From assembly GCA_012513815.1 (NCBI GenBank), contig JAAZBM010000006.1, positions 1 to 50,581 on the forward strand: a stretch of 50,581 nucleotides of DNA, read 5' to 3'. The notes below the pieces were generated by a model that saw only the letters and a program-made list of their open reading frames with translations, did not search any database and was not told where the DNA came from. Positions 19,743 to 30,171 of this stretch are shown in pieces. Position 1 is the first letter of the stretch. The number at the start of each line of letters is the position of its first letter. This stretch comes from Candidatus Sumerlaeota bacterium. Lineage in GTDB: Bacteria; Sumerlaeota; Sumerlaeia; Sumerlaeales; Sumerlaeaceae. Made by a program: the position numbers and the translations under genes.

Positions 19743-19912
19743 TTTCTCTGTTATTCTTCGGGTTCATTCCGCGTCGGTGACATTGACTTTGTCAGGTTTT
19801 GTTTTGGGCTTTAGCGCAAGTGGTAATGGCAACTTGCGCTTAACACCCTTCAAGACTCTTGACTTGTTCATTGTTCCGTTCGTGGTTGAACGAGAAGTAT
19901 TCCCTAATAGAC

Positions 19913-20587
19913 TTATTTTTCAGCCGTGGGTGCCGCAGGAATATTCTTCTTGCGACGGTTGAGAACTTCGCCTCTGTAAAGCCATACCTTGATACCGATC
20001 TGACCGTACTTTGTTGTTGCCTCGGCAAATCCGTAATCGATGTCGGCGCGGAGTGTATGTAGCGGAACTTGTCCTTCACGATACCATTCGCTGCGTGCGA
20101 TTTCTGCGCCGCCCAAACGGCCGGCACAACGGATTTTGATGCCTTTGGCTCCGTCTTTCATTGAGGAGAGCACGGTCTTCTTCATAGCCCGTCTGAATCC
20201 GATGCGGCGCAGGAGTTGTCCGGCGACGCTTTCGGCGACCAGTTGGGCGTCGAGGTTGGCCTTTTTGATTTCTTCAATGTTGACGATGATCTCTTTGCCA
20301 CCGGTGAGTTTTTTCAACTCTTCGCGAAGCACTTCTATTTCGGCGCCTTTTTTACCGATGATGATACCGGGGCGTCCGGTGAAGATAGAGAGCTTGACGC
20401 GAGATGCGGCGCGTTCGATTTCGATCTTAGCGACCATCGCGGCGTCATACTTCTTTTTGATGTACTTGCGTAGCATCAAATCTTCGTGGAGGTTGGAGCA
20501 ATATTGATTGCCCTTTTCGTACCAGCGGCTGTCCCAATCACGGTTCACACCGAGACGGAATGCGATAGGATTAACTTTTTGACCCAT
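19913..20587 (-). CDS. rpsC: 30S ribosomal protein S3
   Basis: [25 protein letters not shown] domain, [30 protein letters not shown]. Confidence 0.9.
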   Translation of the reverse strand: MGQKVNPIAFRLGVNRDWDSRWYEKGNQYCSNLHEDLMLRKYIKKKYDAAMVAKIEIERAASRVKLSIFTGRPGIIIGKKGAEIEVLREELKKLTGGKEIIVNIEEIKKANLDAQLVAESVAGQLLRRIGFRRAMKKTVLSSMKDGAKGIKIRCAGRLGGAEIARSEWYREGQVPLHTLRADIDYGFAEATTKYGQIGIKVWLYRGEVLNRRKKNIPAAPTAEK

Positions 20588-20604
20588 TTTATTGATTTCC
20601 GTCC

Positions 20605-20982
20605 TTACGCTTCTTTAGCTTCATTGAGTCTGATTGTGATATGACAAGAGCGCTTGCGAACTCTAACGCCTCTTCCCATTGGCGCGGGGCGCAGTCTTTT
20701 GAGCATGCCAGCTCCGTCTGCGAACGCGTCAGTGATGATGAGTTCACCGGCGTCGTTGACGCCTTTTTTCTCGGCATTAGCGGCGGCGCTTTTGATGACC
20801 TTGATGATGTCCGGGCATGAGCTTGGCTTGTTTGTGAACGCCAAAATCTCGAGTGCCTTGTCCACGGATTTACCGCGGATTAAATCGAGGACGAGTCGCG
20901 CTTTGCGTGCTGTCATAATTGCGTTGCGTTTTTTAGCTTCCGCAACGGCTTCGTACTTTTTCTGGGTAGGTTTTTTACTCAT
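20605..20982 (-). CDS. rplV: 50S ribosomal protein L22
   Basis: [25 protein letters not shown]...[17 protein letters not shown], typical L22. Confidence 0.9.
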   Translation of the reverse strand: MSKKPTQKKYEAVAEAKKRNAIMTARKARLVLDLIRGKSVDKALEILAFTNKPSSCPDIIKVIKSAAANAEKKGVNDAGELIITDAFADGAGMLKRLRPAPMGRGVRVRKRSCHITIRLNEAKEA

Positions 20983-20999
20983 TGTTTTCCTTCATCTCC

Positions 21000-21299
21000 C
21001 TACTTTGTTCCGCCGACGCCGGTGGGTGAGGCAGCCTTTGCCGTCTTACCGCCGTGGCCTTTGAAGTAGCGTGTGGAGGCAAACTCACCGAGTTTGTGTC
21101 CGACCATGTTTTCGCTGATGTAGACAGGGACAAAGACCTTACCGGAGTGTACAGCTATTGTCACGCCGACCATTTCAGGCGTGATAGTTGATGCGCGGCT
21201 CCATGTCTTGATGACATTACGGTTATCCTTGCCAAACTTTGCGATTTTTTTGAGCAGGGTTTCTTCAACAAAGTACCCTTTTTTAACGCTTCTTGACAT
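21000..21299 (-). CDS. rpsS: 30S ribosomal protein S19
   Basis: [19 protein letters not shown]...[18 protein letters not shown], typical S19. Confidence 0.9.
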   Translation of the reverse strand: MSRSVKKGYFVEETLLKKIAKFGKDNRNVIKTWSRASTITPEMVGVTIAVHSGKVFVPVYISENMVGHKLGEFASTRYFKGHGGKTAKAASPTGVGGTK

Positions 21300-21302
21300 G
21301 TT

Positions 21303-22133
21303 TTATCTCTCTCCCCGACGCTTGACGATATATTTGTTGCTTGCCTTACGGGGCTTGCGGGTCCGCTTACCTTTGGTGAGCCATCCCCAAGGTGAAACCG
21401 GGTGACGACCACCAGATGTTTTGCCTTCGCCGCCACCGAGTGGGTGGTCGACTGGGTTCATAACAACACCGCGGACTTCGGGTCTTTTTCCCATCCAGCG
21501 GACTCTACCGGCCTTACCGAGCGAGATATTCTCGTGGTCGAGGTTACCGACTTGTCCGATTGTGGCGCGGCAGTCGCGATGAACGCGTCTGACTTCGCCT
21601 GACGGGAGTCTGAGTGTGACATAATCGCCATCTTTTCCGAGGAGTTGGATTGCGGATCCAGCGCTTCGTCCGAGTTGTGCGCCCTTGCCGGGTTTCATTT
21701 CGATTGCGTGAATAATAGAACCGACCGGGATACTCTTCATGGGCAGGCAGTTGCCGACCTGAATTTCCACGGTTGGTCCACTTTCAATAAACGAACCGAC
21801 TTTTAGTCCGACGGGTGCGAGGATGTATCTCTTCTCGCCATCTTTGTAGCTGATGAGAGCGATACGTGCTGAGCGGTTGGGATCGTATTCGATACCGACC
21901 ACTTTACCGGCGATACCGTCTTTGTTTCTTTTGAAGTCAATGATACGATATTGGCGTTTGTGTCCGCCACCAATCCAACGGCTTGTGATTCTGCCGAGGT
22001 TGTTTCTGCCGCCTGATTTACTCATGGGGGCGAGCAGAGACTTTTCGGGTGTTGTCTTGGTTATTTCGTCGAACGAGCTGACGGTGTAATACCGCCGAGC
22101 GGGTGTAGTTGGATTATACTTTTTAAGTGCCAT
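21303..22133 (-). CDS. rplB: 50S ribosomal protein L2
   Basis: 276 aa with [22 protein letters not shown] and [25 protein letters not shown] motifs. Confidence 0.95.
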   Translation of the reverse strand: MALKKYNPTTPARRYYTVSSFDEITKTTPEKSLLAPMSKSGGRNNLGRITSRWIGGGHKRQYRIIDFKRNKDGIAGKVVGIEYDPNRSARIALISYKDGEKRYILAPVGLKVGSFIESGPTVEIQVGNCLPMKSIPVGSIIHAIEMKPGKGAQLGRSAGSAIQLLGKDGDYVTLRLPSGEVRRVHRDCRATIGQVGNLDHENISLGKAGRVRWMGKRPEVRGVVMNPVDHPLGGGEGKTSGGRHPVSPWGWLTKGKRTRKPRKASNKYIVKRRGER

Positions 22134-22159
22134 TATTTCGTCTCCTATACCTTAAGCCT

Positions 22160-22447
22160 TTAGAAAATTTCGATCTTCTGGCCGGGGACCAGGATAACGA
22201 AGGCTTTTTTCCAATCGGCCGTGCGGCCTTCAAAACGTCCTTGGCGTTTGGTTTTGCCCTTGACACAGACAGTGTTCACGGACTTAACTTTTACGCTGTA
22301 GATTGTCTCGATCGCTTTTGCGATTTCGACTTTGTTGGCGTTTTTAGCCACTTGGAAGACATATTGAGCGCCTTGCTTAGATTCCGCGAGAATTCCGGCA
22401 CGCTCTGTCAGAACCGGCTTGCGGATGATGTCGTAGGGACTCTTCAT
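22160..22447 (-). CDS. rplW: 50S ribosomal protein L23
   Basis: 95 aa, DIIRKPVLTERAGILAESKQGAQYVFQVAKNANKVEIAKAIE, typical L23. Confidence 0.9.
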   Translation of the reverse strand: MKSPYDIIRKPVLTERAGILAESKQGAQYVFQVAKNANKVEIAKAIETIYSVKVKSVNTVCVKGKTKRQGRFEGRTADWKKAFVILVPGQKIEIF

Positions 22448-23070
22448 GCGATACGCTCCTCTAACTTTTTGATACTGTCCGCGGACGCGATCAATCTGTC
22501 GCAGACGAGCAGGTCATAGATGCTCAGAGCTTCAACGCGTGCGATGACGACATTTGGCAAGTTTTGAGCGCTCTTGTAAACGTTTTCTTCGTCGCCGTTG
22601 ACAAGCAGCAACACGCGGCAAGATTCGGCCTTGAGTGCGGCGAGCATTGTGACGAAGTCCTTTGTTTTGGGGGCGTCAAATTTGATAGCATCGAGAACGA
22701 TGATGCTGTCTTTGATTCGCAGGTCGCTGAGCTGGGATTTGAATCCGAGCGATGTGACTTTGCGGTTTACCTTTTGGCGATAGTCGCGCGGTTGGGGGCC
22801 GAAGATAATGGCTCCACCGGGCATATACGGAGCACGGCTTGTACCCTGACGGGCGCGGCCTGTTCCTTTTTGTTTGAAGGGTTTCTTTCCGCCACCACTC
22901 ACCATACCGCGAGTTTTGGTTGAATGTGTACCCTGGCGCTGATTTGCGGCCCATGTCAGATATGTCTGACGGATGGCGTTTACATTGGGTTCGATGCTGA
23001 AAACAGCATCCATGACTTCCAATGTGCCGGCATCGGCGCCCTTCATGTTTTTCATGTTTAGAGTTGCCAT
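22444..23070 (-). CDS. rplD: 50S ribosomal protein L4
   Basis: STKTRGMVSGGGKKPFKQKGTGRARQGTSRAPYMPGGAIIFGPQPRDY, typical L4. Overlaps the rplW start by 4 nt. Confidence 0.9.
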   Translation of the reverse strand: MATLNMKNMKGADAGTLEVMDAVFSIEPNVNAIRQTYLTWAANQRQGTHSTKTRGMVSGGGKKPFKQKGTGRARQGTSRAPYMPGGAIIFGPQPRDYRQKVNRKVTSLGFKSQLSDLRIKDSIIVLDAIKFDAPKTKDFVTMLAALKAESCRVLLLVNGDEENVYKSAQNLPNVVIARVEALSIYDLLVCDRLIASADSIKKLEERIA

Positions 23071-23076
23071 TTTGCC

Positions 23077-23892
23077 TTACTTGCCACCTTTCTTCGAGGC
23101 CTTCAACGGGTTGAGCTTTCTTGAGGCCAATGCCGCCATACGCTCCGCGCGCGTGCTTTCCATGTAAACTTGGCGAGCCGCTTTCTTTGCACGAACCGTA
23201 GGTCTGACGATGACCATAGCGTTCTCGTGACCGGGTACGCTACCGCGGACGAGAATCAGGTTACGCTCTTCGTCTGTATCCACGACAACCAAGTTGATTG
23301 CCGTCACGCGAACTGCGCCCATATGGCCAGCGGCGTGTTTGTTTTTCCATGTACGCGAAGGATAGGATGATGCACCTTGCGAACCGGCACGGCGGTGATA
23401 CATAGAGCCGTGAGTTTCGGGGCCACGATGGACGTGCCAGCGTTTGATGGGTGACGCGAAACCGCGACCTTTGCTGACGCCGACGACATCGATGTGGTCG
23501 CCTTTTTTGAACATAGTAACATCGACAGAGCCGCCGATTTCGGGGACTCCATCCAGCGATGGGTTGTCATCGCAACGGAATTCACGCACATAACGCGCTG
23601 GTTTCGCGTTAGCCTTGGCGTAGTGTCCAAGTTCGGCCTTGGCGGTATTCTTTTCTTTTTTCTCGCCAAAACCCAGCTGAACGGCGCAATAGCCGTCCGT
23701 TTCAGAAGTCTTCTTTTGAAGGACCGTGCAGGGTCCTGCCTCGATGTACGTGACAGGTACGAGCTTTCCTTCGTTGTCGAAGATCTGTGACATTCCTAAT
23801 TTTTTTCCCAGCAATCCGAGAGGCATTGTTTTTTCTTTCTCTCCGGACATGATCTGGCTTGCATTATCTGCAGCGGCCACGGTCATGTCCAA
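23077..23892 (-). CDS. rplC: 50S ribosomal protein L3 (with N- and C-terminal extensions)
   Basis: Core LGLLGKKLGMSQIF...VTYIEAGPCTV typical of L3. Alternative start at 23826 (MPLG...). About 40-aa basic C-terminal extension. Confidence 0.9.
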   Translation of the reverse strand: MDMTVAAADNASQIMSGEKEKTMPLGLLGKKLGMSQIFDNEGKLVPVTYIEAGPCTVLQKKTSETDGYCAVQLGFGEKKEKNTAKAELGHYAKANAKPARYVREFRCDDNPSLDGVPEIGGSVDVTMFKKGDHIDVVGVSKGRGFASPIKRWHVHRGPETHGSMYHRRAGSQGASSYPSRTWKNKHAAGHMGAVRVTAINLVVVDTDEERNLILVRGSVPGHENAMVIVRPTVRAKKAARQVYMESTRAERMAALASRKLNPLKASKKGGK

Positions 23893-23993
23893 CCTTGGGT
23901 GGTTTTCCTATATGATGGTGTTTTTCTTCAAAACTTTAGCTTTGTTATAATTTGGGTTTATGTTTTACTTGAGCGGCTTTCCTGAGTCTTGAC

Positions 23994-24305
23994 TTAGGAG
24001 AGCTTCATTTCGACATGAACACCTGCGGGCAGATCGAGTTCTTGCAGCTTTTTAAGCGTATCCTGTGTAGGATTGCTGATTTCGATCAGACGCTTATGAC
24101 GACGCATCTCAAACTGTTCGCGGCTTTTTTTGTCCACATGGGGTGAACGGAGAACCGTGTATCTACGAATGCGTGTAGGTAGTGGGACGGGTCCCGCAAC
24201 CGAGGCATTTGAACTCTTGGCGGCGTCGACGATTTTCATCGAGCTATCGTCCAGGAGACGGTAATCAAAAGCATTCAAGCTGATTCTAATTTTTTGTCCA
24301 GACAT
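23994..24305 (-). CDS. rpsJ: 30S ribosomal protein S10
   Basis: 103 aa, [61 protein letters not shown], typical S10. Confidence 0.9.
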   Translation of the reverse strand: MSGQKIRISLNAFDYRLLDDSSMKIVDAAKSSNASVAGPVPLPTRIRRYTVLRSPHVDKKSREQFEMRRHKRLIEISNPTQDTLKKLQELDLPAGVHVEMKLS

Positions 24306-24384
24306 TGTCTTTCCGTTTCGACAGTGAATCCTGTCATCTCAGATTCATCCATAAGGGTGGCTTTTGAGCTGACAGAAGTGACCG

Positions 24385-24418
24385 TTTTTGGATTAGGGGG
24401 GCGGCTCGGCCTGAGCTT
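24385..24418 (-). promoter_or_regulatory. GC-rich stem-loop in the tuf-rpsJ spacer (attenuator or processing-site candidate)
   Basis: GGGGGGCGGC...GCCGCCCC inverted repeat in the 144-nt spacer. Not followed by a U-run on the coding (minus) strand, so not a classical terminator. Confidence 0.3.
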
Positions 24419-24449
24419 TGCCGCCCCGAAATTTGTCTACCGAGTAGAA

Positions 24450-25649
24450 CTATTCGATGATGCTGGCGACGACGCCTGCACCGACTGTGTGACCGCCTTC
24501 GCGGATAGCGAAGCGCAGTCCCTCTTCCATAGCAATGGGGCTGACCAGTTCGACGGTCAGATTCACATTGTCACCGGGGATGACGGCTTCAGTACCCTCG
24601 GGGAGGGTAATGGTGCCGGTCACATCGGTTGTACGGAAGTAGAATTGGGGACGATAGTTATTGACGAAAGGAGTATGGCGACCGCCTTCTTCTTTCTTCA
24701 AGATGTAAACCTGTCCTGTGAACTTTGTGTGTGGTTTAATGGAGCCGGGGGCTGCCACAACCATACCGCGTTCGATATCTTTACGCTCTACGCCGCGCAG
24801 GAGGACACCGACGTTGTCACCTGCTTCGCCTGAGTCAAGGAGTTTACGGAACATTTCGACGCCCGTGCATGTTGACTTGATGGCTTCTTCGCGCAGACCA
24901 ACGATTTCGACCGGGTCACCGACTTTGACGATACCGCGTTCGACACGACCCGTTGCAACTGTACCACGACCGGAAATCGAGAAAACGTCTTCGACGGGCA
25001 TAAGGAAGGGCTTGTCTTTTGCGCGCTGAGGCTCGGGAATGTAAGAATCGAGAGCTTCCATGAGCTTGGTGATGCAGGGACGGCCATATTCGCCATCTTC
25101 GCCGTTGAGTGCCGCAAGAGCGGAACCGCGGATGATGGGTGTATCGTCGCCGGGGAACTCGTATTTGTCAAGTAGTTCGCGAACTTCCATTTCGACTAAG
25201 TCGAGAAGTTCCGGGTCATCGACCTGGTCGCATTTGTTGAGGAAGACGATGATGTAAGGAACACCAACCTGACGTGCAAGGAGGACGTGCTCAGCGGTCT
25301 GAGGCATGGGGCCGTCTGTTGCAGCGACGACAAGGATTGCGCCGTCCATCTGCGCCGCACCTGTGATCATGTTTTTGATGTAGTCGGCGTGTCCGGGGCA
25401 GTCAACGTGTGCATAGTGACGATTGGGTGATTCGTACTCAACGTGTGATGTGGCAATTGTGATACCACGAGCCTTTTCTTCGGGCGCCTTATCGATTTCG
25501 TCGAAAGCGATGAAGTGTCCTAAATTTGCTTCAGCCTGCGTCTTTGTGATCGCAGCTGTCAGTGTGGTCTTACCGTGATCAATGTGTCCGATTGTACCAA
25601 CATTGACATGCGGTTTAGTCCGCTCGTATTTTTCCTTGGCCATTGCCAA
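24450..25649 (-). CDS. tuf: elongation factor Tu
   Basis: 399 aa with [15 protein letters not shown] (G1), [12 protein letters not shown] and the full EF-Tu domain II/III sequence. Confidence 0.95.
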   Translation of the reverse strand: MAMAKEKYERTKPHVNVGTIGHIDHGKTTLTAAITKTQAEANLGHFIAFDEIDKAPEEKARGITIATSHVEYESPNRHYAHVDCPGHADYIKNMITGAAQMDGAILVVAATDGPMPQTAEHVLLARQVGVPYIIVFLNKCDQVDDPELLDLVEMEVRELLDKYEFPGDDTPIIRGSALAALNGEDGEYGRPCITKLMEALDSYIPEPQRAKDKPFLMPVEDVFSISGRGTVATGRVERGIVKVGDPVEIVGLREEAIKSTCTGVEMFRKLLDSGEAGDNVGVLLRGVERKDIERGMVVAAPGSIKPHTKFTGQVYILKKEEGGRHTPFVNNYRPQFYFRTTDVTGTITLPEGTEAVIPGDNVNLTVELVSPIAMEEGLRFAIREGGHTVGAGVVASIIE

Positions 25650-26250
25650 TGATCTCCTTAATATATTGTGTTTGTTTTGTTCTGAGACAACTTGTTTAAT
25701 TTTGTGTTCGCAGAAACTCTGCGATCCACACGATAGGCCGTCTGATACCGGCTCATCAAGTCATATCACATCTGAGACGTTGGAAATCTTTTGGGGAAAA
25801 ATGAAAGGATTTGTTAGTCGGCTTCCACACTCAGGCTCATGCTGTGCGTTGGAGCTGTGTTGCCTCACGGCAGACACAGTTTTCATACGCACGCTTTCAG
25901 CGCCCGGTGGACCGATTCGCAAAAACTCTCAGATTTTCCTTGAGTTTCCCCGACTCCGACCGACCGTTCCGTAGCTAAACCACGGAGCTTTCGGAAGTAG
26001 CCCTCATCTTCCATCCTCTGCATAGAGAGGCCATATCAGGTTCACGAAGCAAGCCGAGGGAGGTCTTGTTTCGCCCTGTGAGGCCGATAGAATCTGCCTC
26101 GCAGGTATAGAAGTGATGCGTGATGATAAGGCGCATTTGCCCTAAACATCTCGGATATAGACAACTCTGAGTAAAATTTAATCAGGCAAACTGTGTTTTT
26201 TTTATTATCTTTTTATTTTTCTTTTGTGTTTTGCTTATGGTTAAGGTTGA

Positions 26251-27708
26251 CTAACGACGTTCGATTTCGTGCTTGAGTTTCTCGATTTGCGGTTCGAGCT
26301 GGTATTTTTCGATACGATATCCGAGTGTTCGGCGTGTAATTCGGAGCAGTTCGGCGGCGCGTGTTTTGTTGAAATGTGCCCGTCGCATGGCGTTTAGGAT
26401 TTCCTTGATTTCGGCTTCGTCGAGAGACGAGTGTCCGTTTTCGGCGCTCAGGTCGTCGTTCGTGTCGTCGAATGTTTTGCCTCCGGAGGTCATGTGTGTG
26501 GCACTGGCGGCATCGAATTCGAAGTTCTGGATTTGTTTGGGCAAGTCCTCTTTTTTGATTGTTCCGGTGTCGTCACACATGACGAGGGCGAATTCGATTG
26601 CGTTTTCTAATTCGCGAATATTTCCGGGGTAGGTGTACTTGAGGAGGAGTTTTCGGGCGCCGTCGCTGAGTTTGTGTGTTTTGCCTGATCCTTTGGCATA
26701 TTTCGCCATAAAGTGGTCGATGAGCGCGGGCAGGTCCTCGTCACGGTCGCGGAGTGGGGGCAGCAGAATCGGGATGACGTTGAGCCGATAGTAGAGGTCG
26801 AGGCGGAACCATCCTTCGGCGACACCCTGTTCGAGGTTGCGGTTTGTGGCGGCAACGACGCGGACATTGACCGTTCGCGGGACGGGGTCGCCTACTCGGT
26901 ACAGTTCGCCTTCTTGGAGAACTCGTAGCATTTTGACTTGGAGGTGAAGCGGAATTTCGCCGATTTCGTCGAGGAAGATGGTGCCCCCATCGGCTGTTTC
27001 GAAGACGCCTTTGCGTGTTTCGACAGCTCCGGTGAATGCGCCGCGGACGTGCCCAAAGAGTTCCGCTTCGAGCAGGCTCTCGGGAATAGCGCCGCAGTTG
27101 ATGCTCTGGAAAACTTTGTCGGTTCGGGCGCTAAGGGAGTGGATGAGCCGCGCCATGACTTCCTTGCCGGTTCCGCTCTCGCCTGTCAGCAGGACGGGGG
27201 CGTTGCTCGCGGCGGCCTTCTTGAGCAACACCATGACTTCGCTCATTGCCTTGCCGCGGCACACGACATCGTTTTTCTCGACACTCTCCGCCGATGTCAC
27301 GTTTTGCCGCGGCATGGCGTTCTCTGTTGGCGGGGTTGGTTGCTTTCCTTTGATTTCCTCGACCCGGCGAATCGTTCCGAGTAATTCCTGAATGGTGAAA
27401 GGCTTTTTCTGATAATCGATGCCGCCCTCGCGGAACATCTCGGCGACGGTCTCGTCTGTTCCGTATGCCGTGCAAAGGATGAACGCCGTTTTTGGGCTGA
27501 GGCTTTGCGCTTTTTTTTGGAGTTCAAGTCCGGTCATCCCCGGCATGCGATAGTCGCAGATGATGATGTCGAAGGTTCGGACTTTGAGCATGTCCACTGC
27601 ATCGGTTGGCAGTGATGCCGTCGCGACCTCGTATCCGTGTTGAGTGAGGCGTCGTGCCGTTGGTTCGAGGACGTGGATTTCGTCGTCAATCATCAGTATT
27701 GAGGTCAT
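26251..27708 (-). CDS. sigma-54-dependent response regulator (NtrC/Fis family)
   Basis: N-terminal receiver domain, AAA+ sigma-54 activator domain with GESGTGKE Walker A and GAFTGA motif, C-terminal HTH (RAAELLRITRRTLGYRIEK). Confidence 0.85.
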   Translation of the reverse strand: MTSILMIDDEIHVLEPTARRLTQHGYEVATASLPTDAVDMLKVRTFDIIICDYRMPGMTGLELQKKAQSLSPKTAFILCTAYGTDETVAEMFREGGIDYQKKPFTIQELLGTIRRVEEIKGKQPTPPTENAMPRQNVTSAESVEKNDVVCRGKAMSEVMVLLKKAAASNAPVLLTGESGTGKEVMARLIHSLSARTDKVFQSINCGAIPESLLEAELFGHVRGAFTGAVETRKGVFETADGGTIFLDEIGEIPLHLQVKMLRVLQEGELYRVGDPVPRTVNVRVVAATNRNLEQGVAEGWFRLDLYYRLNVIPILLPPLRDRDEDLPALIDHFMAKYAKGSGKTHKLSDGARKLLLKYTYPGNIRELENAIEFALVMCDDTGTIKKEDLPKQIQNFEFDAASATHMTSGGKTFDDTNDDLSAENGHSSLDEAEIKEILNAMRRAHFNKTRAAELLRITRRTLGYRIEKYQLEPQIEKLKHEIERR

Positions 27709-27750
27709 GTGTTTGTCCTTTTCTTCAATCGCCGGAGGCGCGGCTATCCC

Positions 27751-28923
27751 CTATCTGCCGAGCGCGGTGGCCAGCCCGCCGCTGTTGTTCATGATTGTTT
27801 TCATGCTGAAAATGCAATAGCCATCACATCCGCGAGTTTTTTTGCAGATTTTGATTTGATTCATGACTTCCTGCACCGGCCATTTGCTGTCGACAATGCG
27901 ATAGGCACCGATGCCGGGCACGAGTTTTACACGGCTATTCTTCTTGTTTGCCGCCCACCATTTGAGCAATGTCTCGAAGGGTTGTTTGCTGTCGATTGCC
28001 CAATAGAGTTGTGGCGAGATGTAGTCGCACCATCCTTGCTGCATCCATAGCAGCGGGTCGGCGTAGAGTTCGTCGTACTGGCTCATGCCGGTGACACCGG
28101 CGGGAACGCCGGACTTCCAAATGCCGAATGGGCTGATGCCGACTTCGACACCGGGCTTGATGGATTTAACTACTGAGTAGATGTTCTTGACCATTTCGTT
28201 GATGTTCGCACGACGCCAGTCAGCAAGGCCCATTTCGCCTCCGGCCTTTTTGTAGGCGGCAAAATTCTCCGAGTCCGGGAAGTTCTTTCCACTCTCTTTA
28301 TAGGGATAGAAGTAGTCGTCATAGTGGATTCCATCGATATCATAGCGCGAGACAATGTCCGACACAACGGCTAATGTCTGTTTTTTGGCGGCGGGTGATG
28401 ACGGGTCGCACCAGAAGAATTTTCCGTAGGTGCGGACGGCGCCGGGCGATGAACGTGTGATATGCTTGCGGGTGTAGTCGCCGCGGTGCTTGGTCGCGCC
28501 GGCACGATAAGGATTAATCCATGCGTGGAGTTTCAGTCCTTTGGCGTGTGCCATCTTGCAGGCGGTTGCCAGTGGGTCGTATCCGGGGTCGCCGCCGTCT
28601 TTGCCAGTCAGGACGCGTGACCACGGCTCAATCGGGCTTTGATAGAGGGCGTCGCATTCCGAGCGCACTTGCAGAATGATTGTGTTGAACCCTGTCTGTA
28701 CGGCGGTGTTCATGATGTTGTCCAGTTCCGCGATTTGTGTTTGAGCGGGAAGTCCGGGTTTGGACGGCCAGTCGATATTGAGATAGGTGCTGACCCAGAC
28801 GGCTTTCATGTCTGCGGCGCCAACGGTGAGGGGCGCCAACAAACACAGTGATGCCATGATGAGGCACTGTTTGATTCTTGCGATTGATAACGACATTTTG
28901 TTTTGCTTCTTTCTTTTGTTCAA
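27751..28923 (-). CDS. glycoside hydrolase-like family 10 (GHL10 / YddW-like) lipoprotein
   Basis: Signal peptide. TIM-barrel-like motifs (GFNTIILQVRSECDALYQS, HAKGLKLHAWINPYR) typical of DUF187/GHL10 proteins. Confidence 0.65.
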   Translation of the reverse strand: MNKRKKQNKMSLSIARIKQCLIMASLCLLAPLTVGAADMKAVWVSTYLNIDWPSKPGLPAQTQIAELDNIMNTAVQTGFNTIILQVRSECDALYQSPIEPWSRVLTGKDGGDPGYDPLATACKMAHAKGLKLHAWINPYRAGATKHRGDYTRKHITRSSPGAVRTYGKFFWCDPSSPAAKKQTLAVVSDIVSRYDIDGIHYDDYFYPYKESGKNFPDSENFAAYKKAGGEMGLADWRRANINEMVKNIYSVVKSIKPGVEVGISPFGIWKSGVPAGVTGMSQYDELYADPLLWMQQGWCDYISPQLYWAIDSKQPFETLLKWWAANKKNSRVKLVPGIGAYRIVDSKWPVQEVMNQIKICKKTRGCDGYCIFSMKTIMNNSGGLATALGR

Positions 28924-28929
28924 TTTAGA

Positions 28930-30171
28930 CTACAAAAAACTTGTGGGTAATGATTGTTCATAGACGCTTTCCATTGCAGCGGCCATGTCGGATGCCATGA
29001 GGCGGCGAACATGGCGGTGCGCTCCCTGTGCCATCGACAGAATCTCGGTGCGCGCTTCGGTCATGGAGAGTCTTGCCAGCAAGTCGGCGATTTCCTGGGG
29101 CGCCCACGCATTGACGAGCCAGCCGTTCTCGCCGTCTTCAACTATTTCTGGGATTGCGCCGCATTTTGTACCGATGACGGGCAGGCCGTGTAGCATGGCT
29201 TCGGCGGCGACGAGACCGAATGCCGGTTGCGTTCTGTCGGGAAAGAGCATCAAGTCGGCGTTGCTCAGGAAGTTGGAGACTTCGTTGGGCGCAAGGTGTC
29301 CGAGGAGTTCGACGGAGTCATGGAGCTGATGTTTGGCGACAAAATCCTTAGCGTCTTCGTATCCCTCTCCGCCTCCGGCAATTTTGAAATTGACACGAAT
29401 GTCGGCTTTTTTGAGGATTCGAGCGGCTGCAAGAGCGTCCGGAATTCCTTTCAGATCCTGCATGCGGCCAAGCATGGCGACCGTCAGTGGCGCGGGCGCG
29501 AGGCCCGCCGGTAGTGGGACGCAAGGCGGCAGTCCGTCGGAAGGAACATTGTAGCGTCGCGCGTCAAGTCCGAGCGGAACAACACTGATTTTTGATTGCA
29601 GATTTTTGTTCATCCGCAACAGCGCCAACTGCGTAAATTCGCTGTCCGTGACGATGCGGTCGGTTTTCTTGAGCGATTTGCGAAATTGAGGAATCAGTGC
29701 GAGGCGCGATTTGTTGCGGTTGATGGCGCCGAAGATTTTTGACCATGGCATTTTTCTCAGATATCGGTGGTCGAGCGCGGTCTCGCTGAGCATGGTGCCG
29801 TGAACCGTTGTGACCCATGACGCCGCGATTTCGGGCGACGGATGCTTCATGAATAGTCCGGCGAATTCCTGTGTGTGGAGGATGTCCGCTCCCCCAATCC
29901 GACGGCAAATCTGGCGGGCGTAGGCGCCGATGCCAGCGAAGTAAAGCGCGGAATAGTCGCCGGGAGTGCCGATGGGTAGGTAGTTGACTGTGATGTTGTC
30001 GGGGAGACTCGGCGCATCACTGCATGCGGTTCCGGGGCGAGGTTTGGCGCTCGTCACCAAGTGAACCTCGTGACCACGTTCCGCGAGAGCTACTGCCAAA
30101 TCACGCGTGTGGAGTTCCAACCCACCAAGACGATGAACGGGCAATGCACGGACAACCATTACTATTTTCAT
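28930..30171 (-). CDS. glycosyltransferase family 4 (GT-B)
   Basis: N-terminal MKIVMVVRALPVHRLGGLELHTRDLAVALAERGHEVHLVT and C-terminal EGYEDAKDF...GLVAAEAMLHGLPVIGT (EX7E-like) motifs. Confidence 0.8.
   Translation of the reverse strand: MKIVMVVRALPVHRLGGLELHTRDLAVALAERGHEVHLVTSAKPRPGTACSDAPSLPDNITVNYLPIGTPGDYSALYFAGIGAYARQICRRIGGADILHTQEFAGLFMKHPSPEIAASWVTTVHGTMLSETALDHRYLRKMPWSKIFGAINRNKSRLALIPQFRKSLKKTDRIVTDSEFTQLALLRMNKNLQSKISVVPLGLDARRYNVPSDGLPPCVPLPAGLAPAPLTVAMLGRMQDLKGIPDALAAARILKKADIRVNFKIAGGGEGYEDAKDFVAKHQLHDSVELLGHLAPNEVSNFLSNADLMLFPDRTQPAFGLVAAEAMLHGLPVIGTKCGAIPEIVEDGENGWLVNAWAPQEIADLLARLSMTEARTEILSMAQGAHRHVRRLMASDMAAAMESVYEQSLPTSFL

Noticed and set aside
25582-25974. 130-aa Cys-rich plus ORF overlapping tuf start
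   Set aside because: Overlaps the 5' end of tuf on the opposite strand. Cys/Leu/Ser-rich with no domain signature. Likely spurious.
25990-26090. Possible SRP (4.5S) RNA domain-IV-like motif CAGGTTCACGAAGCAAGCC
   Set aside because: Only a loose resemblance to AGGUCCGGAAGGAAGCAGCC. No matching flanking helices found by eye. Needs a covariance-model search.
25650-26250. tRNA genes upstream of tuf (common in many bacteria)
   Set aside because: No T-arm (GGTTCGAATCC-like) or acceptor/CCA signatures on either strand. None seen elsewhere in the intergenic spacers of the window either.
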